Shown: positions 13,008 to 24,400 of the stretch, one piece after another
Numbering within the stretch: the stretch's first letter is position 1
Layout of the letters: each line of letters begins with the position of its first letter
Origin: Asterias rubens
Lineage: Eukaryota
Assembly: GCF_902459465.1 (NCBI RefSeq)
Contig: NC_047074.1
Span: 14,198,001-14,262,000 of the forward strand
Length of the DNA: 64,000 bases
Direction: 5' to 3'
Notes under the pieces: model-generated
What the model saw: the letters and a program-made list of their open reading frames with translations, nothing else
Databases searched by the model: none
Told to the model about the DNA's origin: nothing
Position numbers and translations under genes: made by a program

Positions 13008-14359
13008 TTTAGGGTAGAGGTATATCTCGTTTGGTAGTTGTCTTACCCAAAGGTTTCCCCAACTAGGGACCATAGATTGGAAGAGGGTGCCAATCAGGGT
13101 AGAGGTATACACCAATTGGGATAATTTGGTTTCTATTCAAGGATTTGACATCCTATGACCGGTGTCAAAATGTGCTCTCTGTTGACCTTGGTGAGGTCAT
13201 TGACCTCGGTAAGGTCATTGTTTGAGCTGGTGACATCTTTAAAATGAGGACAGATTCAGAGGCATAAAATTGCTACTCCTAAATTACACCCCCCCCCCCC
13301 CCCCAGCCCCAGCCTTTACAAGCCAGAATTAAATAATAAAATAAATAATAAAAAAATCATTCCAAAAAGTGTTTTACAAAAAGTGTTTATTTCACTGCAA
13401 CAAAAAAGAAATAAAAAACATTTGCCCAAAGTAAAACATATTTTTAGTCAAGCATTATTAACTTGAATACAAAATGACACAACATCATGCCATTCCACGG
13501 TCGTCACACAGTTACTAATTCTTTAAACCACCTCCCCACCGCAGGGGACTTTACCAGCCAATCCACCCTCAAAATGCCCGGGGCTAAAATTCTCAACCAT
13601 AATGGCAAAGCCTTCCTCACAAATCCCTATTGTCCACGACGAGTGAAAGCGCAGTTTTGTGGTCACGAAGCTGTCAAGCTCACGGGTACAACGTGAGATT
13701 CATTAAAACAAGGAAAAAATCAAGGAATGCTGATGAATTTCACTCATCAAGGAAAGTAAATTCATTTTGAGATGTACAGTTGTTTGTTGATTAACTACAC
13801 ACTTGGCGCTGCTTATATCTAAATGTTTAGCTGATGACAGAACAAGTCGGGTTTATTGACCACAAACATTTCTTAGCTCAACGGCCAGTTTCAGAGAGGA
13901 AGGCTTTCAAAGTTTGTTTAGATTTTTAAAAGGTTGTGTTTGTTTGGATGAATTTTACAAGTTTACTTTTTATTTTATTTTATTTTGATGATTTTTTAAC
14001 TTTTAAGCAAACTTGCACTTTAAGAAAGTTTATAAAACGATGTAGTGCTCAAAATTCGTCACTGAAGCTCAGATCATGGCACTCCATGTCACTAGGCCAT
14101 CATTCCTTAAACAATTTTAGCTCCCTTGGAAGTATACAGCCTGTGCTGCAAAAATATGTAGCACACCAAGCTAATTCATTCATTTATTCTGGTTGTGAAG
14201 ACAACCAAGAGCCCCATGGACAGAAGACAAAGAAGGAAGTTTCAGTTTTAGATTTGGGAGGAAAACCCCAGAGAATTAGTCCATAGAAAACCAGGTTTGG
14301 ACTGAAAACCCAAACCACTTAGTGTGAAAACCCAATCCTCCTGATACCCCCAATGGGCC

Positions 14360-14641
14360 ATATTTTTGACCGTGTGAGGGCGCTCTCAATCACTTCCGGG
14401 GGTATATTCATTCATACCCAAAACAGTTTTTAAAGATTGGAACACATTACCACCACAGACATCTAATCCATCACAGACAATAAGACTTTTAAAGGAGCCG
14501 TTATAATCCACCTCTAAAGCAAATTGAAACTACGGCGCAACAAAAGTGACAGAACGCCTATTAATTTGTGCAGGGTGAATCGCGTGTACCCCCGGAAGTG
14601 ATAAAAATACTATTTATAGAGTCCTCGCGCTGTCAAAAATA
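14360..14641. mobile_element. MITE
   Basis: Inverted termini tatttttgaccgtgtgagggcgctct / agagtcctcgcgctgtcaaaaata, plus inner cacttccgggg / ccccggaagtg. Confidence 0.65.
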
Positions 14642-15474
14642 AGGGGCATTGGATTCAAACCAGGGGTCCTGGAGGTGGAAGGTGAGGAAAGATACCACTG
14701 CGCCAACCCAACCCCTCGTTCGAAAGCGTACGTGTAACAAACACAATACATGTCAAAAGGTTCATATTGAATATATTGTGTGATCTTGACAAAGAAGAAT
14801 ATCAAATGGCTTAGACTTTTTCTCTGTAGCCTCTATCACTTCAGAGTTAAACCAAATCTCTGTGGAACGATATGTAAAAAAAAAATGCCATATGCTAATT
14901 ATTTTAACCTAATTATTTCTTTGCTCATGCTTCATTCTTGTTTTCATTTCAGTTTGCAAGTAACACATTTCTGTTCTTTTTGACAATCACTATTTGAGTC
15001 TCCACCACATGATTGTGGTGAATTGAATTGAATGATTCTTTGTCCATGCTTGTCTGCTAGCCCTACAGCCAAAAAGTACACGACACCTTTCAAGGAAATA
15101 CTAAACGCATTCTTAAACTCACCCCAGACGGTGGAAAAACCCATTTTTTCAACACCTCCAGGAATAAGACATTTTAGCAATCTTGGCCGAGTGACAAAAA
15201 ACTCTTAGAGGTTCAGTCGATGAATACAAACTGCGCCCCCTTTTACCCCCCATTGCCAACTTCCCGACGGCAAGCAATGAAACACACCACAGCTGCCCGA
15301 TAAAACTCATCCTGCAAACATCTGCATGGATTAAAGAATTTCTCCCCCCAACCACCCCAAGGCAAACCAGAAAAAAAGAGTCTCCCGTAGCTGACGAAAA
15401 GGGAGAAGGGAAAGGGGTCGTCGGAGGTAAGGCTTGAATATTTCTCTTCCCTCCCATCGATATTGACGTGTCTG

Positions 15475-18400
15475 ATGGATTACCCCCATAGGATCCAACG
15501 AGCCTGGAGACAGTTCAGACGAGGAAAGCTGAAGACATCCCCACCGCGTCCCTCTACAGACTCTGACCCAGATCATCACCATAGCAACGGAGGAGGAGGA
15601 GGCAGCCACAACGAGGATGAGAATGATGATGATGATGATGAGAACACGGATGCCAATGGTAACAGGAGGGAAGAAGCAAGAGATGGGAGCTTAAGGGAAG
15701 GGGACAACCACGTAAAGAGACCCAGCGGACCAAGTGTCGACGGGAAAACTCACCAGGAGGAAACTTCTTCTCCTCTGGACTGGGTCCCGGCAGAGCCAGG
15801 TTAGTCAATTTATAAACAGAGGGTTTGTGATGAAGTGTTTGTCTACTCTAGACCGTTCTGTACATAAACCTGGTATTTGTCTTGAGTAGATGTTAAACAT
15901 AGCATGATCTGATAACCTTCAACAAGTAGGGACGATGCTTGGCAATTCGTGACCTACATGTGGCAGGAGAAATCTCAAGATCTGTCCACAAATCTTGATG
16001 CATATTTTACAATAGATAGTTGTATCTACTGAAATACCTTGAAGGCGTTATTTATGGAAGAACAAAACAAACAAACAAACAAACAAACAAACAAACAAAC
16101 AAACAAACAAACAAACAAACAAACAAGCAAGCACAAGAAGATCATGCTTTTCGTTGCGTGCAAGATATTAAATTTAACTTTGGCCAACGGGGAAAAGTTG
16201 AGATGGGAATTGGGGGGGGGGGGGGGCAAAGGAAAGTAACTGCTCCCTGGCCCCTGTAGCACCGCCATTTCCTGATGTTTACAAATAATAATAATAATAA
16301 TATTGGAAACCTTTAAAGCGCCGGTATCTGCTACAAGCAGCGCTCATGGCCCCGCTGTACACAAAACAACCAACAAGCAATGAAAGAAGAGTCACATATT
16401 ATACAAAATAGAGTTTATAAGAAAATACTTCTTTATGCAGATGAAATTTTAAACTGTTCTTGAATGTATGCCAAGTGAGTTTGAAAGTTTATTATGTCAG
16501 CAATAACTTAATGCTTGGAGATAATCGCGCTAGCATCAGCGGTATAGATAACCCCCATCTCCCCCCTATCAACAGCTTGAGATATTTTAACCCTGTGGAA
16601 TGTCACGACTCTTGCATTTTGTTTCATTGCCTAATGTGATGATTTATTAATGTCTAAAAGTAAACCTAATATGCGGGGACCGGATCTTTTGTTTTAAGGC
16701 GCGTCAACACAACCGAGGAAGCGCGAGATGTTCTAAACGCCAGTTGCCACGACGATGTGATGTCATGAGTGGATTATGTTGCATGTTCATTCAAACCGTA
16801 GTAAAGTCAATACCTTGCAGTCTGTTTTTTTCTCTTCTTTCTAACTTGTGTTTGACGTAACTAATATAGGCACTAACTTGATTGGAATACTCCGAAACGC
16901 CCCACAAAGTGTAAGTGTGTATTTATAAATGCTTTAGGGCATGATTTTTAAGTGAATTCTTAGCTATCAAAATAGGAATCGGCTACTGTTGACAAGTTGA
17001 TGAATTGAGGATAAATGTCAGCTATACCCACCAGGTGTTTCTTTTTATTAATTTCAATATGAACCAAATTTTCCTTCCATTTTTTTCCCGCTCTTTTTAA
17101 ACTGTTTATCTGAAATGCTCTTTTTTTTTTTTAAGTATGTTATTGGTTTGAGAAAAGATTTATTTATAACAATAACAGATTTAGGGGGATATTTCTTTTA
17201 GTAATTCTGCATAGCAATGGATTCCAGCTGTTTGTAGCAACGATCTTTGTCACTTGTGCTATACACGAGTACCAAAACACTAGTACTTTTGTGCTTGAAT
17301 GCTAGTATCAAACACAAGTATTAAAACTCTAGTACTGAGGTAAACACCAGTACCTTTAAAAGCAACTAATCCCCAAGTGCCAAAACTCTAGTGCCTACAC
17401 ACACTATACCTTTAACACTTAACAATGCATGAGTACCAAAACACTTTATATCTTTAGAAAGTACCTACACCCTCTTAAAAAGTAACCAATGCAAAAGTAC
17501 TAAAACCCTAGTGCTCAAACACAAGCACCTTTAAAAAGTGACAATGCACGATGAGTTTTCTTTTTACTTATTAGAGATTGCAATTTCTAGCTATGTTTAT
17601 TCAGCTTAAATTTTTTTTAAATTTTCCCCAGAGGTCAAGGTCGTGCCCAAGGTCACGTTGAGTTCATTCAAATAAACCAATGTAACAAAATAAAGACCTT
17701 GTGCTTCATGGATGCTTGATCTTAGGATACATGTTTTTTTTCTTCTTAAATGATGGGATACAAGGCGACAGCCGGCGTTTGAGAAGCGGAAAGGGTGTTT
17801 GAAGAAATACCACCTGCTCTTCGCACTTACGCTGTCGGTCACTTTCAAGGTTTAAGAACACATTGAAAATTTACTGCAAATTACAAGATCGCTTTTCTCT
17901 AAGGGTAGAGGGTCGAATATATCAAATGTATTGCCAAATGTGAAGTGTCCTTACTTTCAGCAAACTAGATTTAGATTTTGGGTTGAATAAAGACAAATTT
18001 ACTACAGCGAGATTTGAACCTACAATAAGAAGGTAGAAAACGTTCAGAAGACCTTGTTCGATTCAGCGTGCCTTGGCCAAACATCCACACACTCAGGTCC
18101 ACATTGGCCCAACTTTTTGAAATATTGGGAAGACCCCTGCAATTGTTTGCAACTCTATTTGTTTTAATGTAAGAGTATGAGGACATAACATTCAACCGCT
18201 TACCCTTTTTCTTATGGCAGTAGCTGTAGTTTAAGTGAAGAGCTCAGTGTTTTTGAAATGAAGGGGCTGGTTTTAAATTGACAGACTTTGTTTTTGTTAA
18301 ACGTGATTAAATACCATTGCAATTAAAACACAGTCAGGATTGGCATTGGTATGAGATTTTCATTTCCCCTAATAGTTTCGGGATATTTATCCGACCTTTG

Positions 18401-21400
18401 ACCCAAATTTAATTACTCGCACTCATCACCTCTCTTCCTGCCAACCAATAACAGCGGTTTAGTGTTATTGACATTTTAATCAACCGTCTCTGTTTATGTT
18501 TAATTTTGTTTTTTAACTGATGAACAGATAACAGCCTTGTCAACATGACATCGGCTCAACGCTCCAAGGCAAAACAGGCCATGCTCCAGGATCTCGGAAG
18601 CAGTGTGGAGCTCGATGACAATCATCAGGTCTACGAATCCTCCCCGGAAATAACCGATAAGAAAAAGAACCGTCTCAGCTTAGCCGAGGAGTTTGCAGCT
18701 GCCATGGATGAGGACGACGGGATGACCGGAGACGTGGCGGACTGCGAAGATTCCGACCCCAATGACAGCGAGCTTGAGAGTTCAAGCTGTGCAACGACAC
18801 CGGAGTGGGATATTTGTGATAAGGAGACTAGGAGAGAGGACTCAGAACTGTTCCTTGAGGTACCGACCCTAGCCCTCCTCGCTGATGACTTAAGAAGCAA
18901 ATGCATGCTCCGTGGCAAGGAGACCAACCCAAGTACTATGCAAGATAAACAAAGTATTCCCGACCCAAACAAAAACTACGGTATTTTAGAGTCCGATCCC
19001 AATGCAAACAATGTCGCGTTGGAGCGATGTGAGCTGACTGGAGGAACAAAACGTAAAACAAACTCACAAAGTAGGGATAAGAAACGGAACGTTGAATGCC
19101 AGGATGAGGTACTGAGAACTGTTTCCTTTCCTAATAGGACCGTAGGAAGTCACCCAGTGACTCATAGTAAAGTACAAAGGTGCGCTAGTGCAGACTGCAG
19201 AGAGTCTGAGGTTAAGAAACCGTTCCATGGAGGTGGTGTCTTACCATGTGGTAAGGAACAGGACTTAGTGTGTGTTGAACCTACCATGCCTGTATTGGAT
19301 TGGGAGTCATTAGAGAAACATTTAGCCAAGATGGAAAAAGAGGAAGAACAGCAAAGTTATAAACAGGTGAGATCTTAGGAAAGGAATTTGGGAAAGTGTT
19401 TACTTCAGTGCTATTATCCGTAATGGCAAAGTGTACCTTGGTTTGTTGTAATCGTTCGATCGTTATATAATTATTCAATTCCATTCAATTCAACAATTTA
19501 AGAACTGACTCAGCGGTAGTACAGTTAATCACGATCCTATTAGCTAAAGTAGTAGTCCTAGCCTATTTTCTATACCATCCGCCCGGGTAATAGTTAAAAA
19601 GCAGGACAGTTCTTTTCAGAACTGAGAAGTCTCCCGAACCCCCGAACCTCTACTCTGCGGCAGTAGAATAAAGCAAACAGTTCTCTAAGAACAACTCTAC
19701 CTGGCAAGTAGATACACATATGGTGTTACCTCAAACCAAATATATATCAATTCAATTCAATAAACTTTTTGTTCATGATGGCAATTAGGAAGACAAGTAC
19801 CGGTTATTTACAATAATATTATTATGAAGGTGTCAATAACCAATGTCGCACAAAAAGCATAGTATTTGTTTAAATACATTAAAGTGTGTGTGTTTTACTT
19901 CCTTAAACAAAGGTCAAAAGGGTAAGTAAATCTGAGTGGTTTTTGGGGTTTTTTTTTTCAGTAATTGGTGTTTTTGCTTTTGTCAACTTTGAAGTTTGAA
20001 TCCAAGAAACCTTTGAAGTCAACCTTTCACTGCGTTTCACAAAGAGTCTGAAGAGAGTTCTAGATTTCCGATTCAATATTTTTAAATCCAAGTAGCTTTT
20101 AAGTTAAATACTCATTTGTTTGGATCTTTCTTTTGTAGCAACTGCTTTTAGTATATTTTGACATTGTTTTATGTTTTGTGTTGAGCCTACATCCGTATGG
20201 ACTGTAAAAGGGGTAACCCTGTTTCAACCCTAGGAGTAGGTGGCAACGGCCTCTAGAAAAAAATAGTTGTAGCCCACACCTTGAAGTGGTGTTCAGGCAT
20301 TGTGTGTCTGGCGACTTGCATATAAAAAAATAATAAAAATAATAAAAATAGAGGCTTCTGCATTATATGCGCCCTATAAATATCTTGTATTATTATTATT
20401 CCTTAGACACAAAAACACTCCCGCCAAGCAATTTTACGTAAACTAGCCATGGGTACGGACGATGAGGCAGAAGGAGACATTTACGGAAAGAGTAAAGATA
20501 AGTTATCCACCAGACTCCAGAGTGGTATGAACTTACAGATCTGTTTTGTGAACGAGCCTGCCGATGGTTCCGATTTAGAGGAGGATAGTCCAAGGATTCT
20601 AGCGGCGGAGGAGGGCACGAGGAAAGAGAGTCATATAACGAATCGTTTTGGGAGAGTAACAGGGGCGACAAGGTTAGGAGGAGCTGGAATCAGACTGAGT
20701 AGAGAGAGTAGTAATTCGAGCGCTACGTCAAAGGTAAGATTGGATCGTGGGTAACTTACCTAGGGATCGTCCTTAAAGGCACTGGACACTTGGTATTTAC
20801 TCAAAATAATTGTTAGCGTAAGACCTTACTTGGTAACGAGTAATGGGGAGAGGTTGATAAAACATTGTCGAGAAACGGCTCCCTCTGAATTATGAATTAA
20901 TGTAGTTTAGGAGAAAGAAGTAATTTTCCACGAATTTGATTTCGAGACCTCAGAATTAGATTTTGAGGTCTCAAGATCAAGCATCTGAAAGTGACAAGGT
21001 TTTTTTTCTTTCATTATTATCACACAACTTCGACGACCAATTGAGCTATAATTTTCACAGGTTTGTTATTTTATGCATATGTTGAGATACACCAAGTGAG
21101 AAGACAGGTCTTTGACAGTTACCAACAGTGTCCAGTGTCTTTAATGAGAATAATTACAGCGCTCTTACACTTACACAAGGAAACTATACAATAAGTGGCT
21201 AAATAAAGGCACTAATAATGGGAAAGACAGTTGGTCCCATACTGCTTCGCGAGATCGCTGCTCTTGCACGAAGCTACTAGCTGCTTACTTCTACTCGCCA
21301 AACTGAGACTGTACAGCCCGAGAGCAGTAGTCTCACGGGAGCAAGCAGTCGCGCGAAATACCACCATTGTTGGAATGCTATCACTGCAACAGACACTTAA

Positions 21401-24400
21401 CGACTTGCCACAAGTCTATCTTGACACAAATATGAAAATAAAGTAAATTATTTCCTCAACCTTTACCCTTCACAATGTTTTTGTTCCTAGGCACCATCAG
21501 TCAAGTTTGAAGATGAGGAGGATTTTGAAACGAAACAGGCTCGTCTCCAAGATGAAGCCCGCATGGCTCTGGCGAGAGCAGAACCTCTAGCCAGAATGCA
21601 GATGGAGTTTGAGAGACAACAAAGAAAAAAGTCACCGGTAACTGAATTGGTGAGAGGTGGACTAACACATGTTTAACATCTTTAACAACCCTTCTATTAA
21701 AACCAATCTTTGTTTATAAGAGTGACGTTTCGGGCTTTCCCCAGGTGTTGTCTGTGATATCTTTTCTTTATCTTTCATGTGAAAAACATAGAGTGCACCC
21801 CACAATGTGAAAACACCCCACAAGTACAGAAACACCTAAAAATCCACCCCACTCTGTTGCTCTACTAAGCACATCTTTTCTTAAGACTTTTGCTAACTAT
21901 CAAGTGATAAACCACAAGGAAAATTGACTGGGTAAAGTTTAAATAATTATGGGTTGAACAAAGAAATATTTACCAGAGCAAGAATTGAACCCGCAACTTC
22001 CATGTTTACTAACTTTAATCTATAATGTACATTGATTTGCATGGCCTCATGCTAAGAGAATGTGGTTAGGGTTACAGTAACAAATACTCCAAAGCACTCT
22101 ACTCTACAGTAACAACACTGCTCAGAATCTTAGATCTTTCTATGGTTATTTTTCATTAAATATTATTATTAGCATTGTTACTTCAAATTCTGCTTAGCGA
22201 AAGCATACTCGGAAACTAACTCTGGTTGACTAACTCTAACCCTTTGGCTAAAGTTCCTCCTGAATCTTCAAAATGCTTCAATCTATCGTAATACAACACC
22301 CAAATGTCAGGAATTGGAGACTTAGTGGCAACATGCAGAGATACATGGATAGTTTTTCAATGTTAGTGTATTTCTAGACATGCCCACATTCACCCCCCCC
22401 CCAAAAAAAAGGAGGGGGGTAAATGGGAAAAAAGGAAAATTTTTACTGAAGTCAGTGGCCTTCTCACATTTCCAAGCAAAATCTTCCTTTGACAGTCATA
22501 TATACATGTACCTTGAAGAAGTTTGTATTTATTTGATAATTGTTGACATTTCAGGCTGGTGTATCGGGAATGACAGATATATCCGACAGGTTATATGGCA
22601 AGAAATTCACCCAACGAGCACTCAAGAATATGTCCGTCAGTAAGCTACAGTTTGTGGTTAACGACCTTCACTCACAGATCGAAAGTAAGTCTCAAGTTTT
22701 TTGCCGAGTGGAATCATTTAGGGTGAGATTTCTTTCTTTAGTATTCGGAAAAGACTGGAGAGTAGTGTTGATTACATGGTCATTGAACTGTTCTAGAAAG
22801 TTCGAAAGTCAGTTTTCCGAACTTGAGTTTGACAAGGCATGAAGAGAAAGTTGTTGACTTTTTAAGACCATAATTGATATGCAAGAAATAGTTAATGGCC
22901 TGAGGTTTTGACCCTAGCGGAGTCTTTCTCAAAGGCTAATTGACAACACATGTGAGATGCATGCGTGTTGTTTTGTCATTGAGCCTTTTTAAAAGACTCT
23001 GTTAAGGTCGAAACTCTGACCCTTGCACTTTGTGAAGTTCCAATACAAATTTACATTTTCTCATTGAAGTGCCTCTTGCCAGAAGAAAATTGCTGTGCTG
23101 CTTCACGAACAAAATTCCAAGACTGAAAAGTATTTAAATTGACTAGAATTTAAACATGTAAATTCAAGGACATCTTTGTTTGTTTTTCAGAGATAAAAAC
23201 AGAGGGTGAAAGATAATTACAGGAAATAACTCACAACATTTTTAATTGGTCTTGTGGCAAGAAAAACAACACAAGGCCAAAAACTAAATTGATGTTTGTC
23301 GCCTGATGGCCAGACGGGCAGAAACGTAAAAACTATTTAAACATTTTGGACATGCCCCAACAGGTTCCTCACTTGGCCGCAGCAATGAAAACAAACTACT
23401 TGAAGCCTCGGAATCACGTCTTGTTGTTTTAAGATTTTTGTCTGTTTGCGTTTTGAACCCCTCACTGTTGATCTTGATGTATTTCTACGGCCACCACTTG
23501 AAGTCTGAAGAGGACACTAAAAGCTAGATTGACAGTTAAGACATGGAGGGGGCGGGGTATAGATCTGGTTTCAACTCTCAAAGTCTGTTACTCTTGCAGA
23601 TTTAGATTTTGACGAGAAATAGCTCTGATGAGAATGGTTTTAGATCTGTTTTCTTCTGATCAAAAGTTTATATCCTCTCTCAATTTATAAGTGCTTTTTG
23701 AACCAAGGAAAGATATCGATTGGAGAGTGTTGTTGAAACCATCTTATTATTTGAGATGGTTCCAATCCCCTCCCTCATCACCTCCCCCACCACCCCCAGA
23801 CAGTCTTACAGTCTTGGTAACTACATGTAAGTAAGAAACTTATTAACCCTACTTCTAAGGTATTTTGAGTAATGCATTTTGAGATGGTTCCAATCCCCTC
23901 CCTCATCACCTCCCCCACCACCCCCAGACAGTCTTACAGTCTTACAGTCTTGGTAACTACATGTAAGTAAGAAACTTATTAACCATACTTCGAAGGTATT
24001 TTGAGTAATGCATTTTGACGAGTGAAGGGTTAAAGGGGTTAGATTGGCTTTGAATTTCCAAAGTTAATTATACGATATCTAATTAAAGATACGACAATCT
24101 TCCAGAAAAGTGAAGATTAGAAACTCTATAAGAAATGATCATCATCATCCTACTTGTGGCTCACAGGTTAAAGACATAGTCAAAAAGCCACATGAAGCAT
24201 CACATAAACTTAAAAGTAATTCTATTTCATTATTAGTGTTACCTTAACCCAATTCCCTTCATTGTACCCTAACCTGCCCCCCCCCCCCCCCTCAACCACA
24301 ACTCTCTCTGTCATCACCCAGTTTATTTTATGGCGCTGTACTAAAGAGATTTTGTTCCACTCAGCTGATTATATTCTATAAGACTGACTGATATCATTTG

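Noticed and set aside
18631-18972. Antisense ORFs over SCHIP1 exons (also 15331-15808 and 20396-20671)
   Set aside because: They are shadows of the sense coding exons with no independent support.
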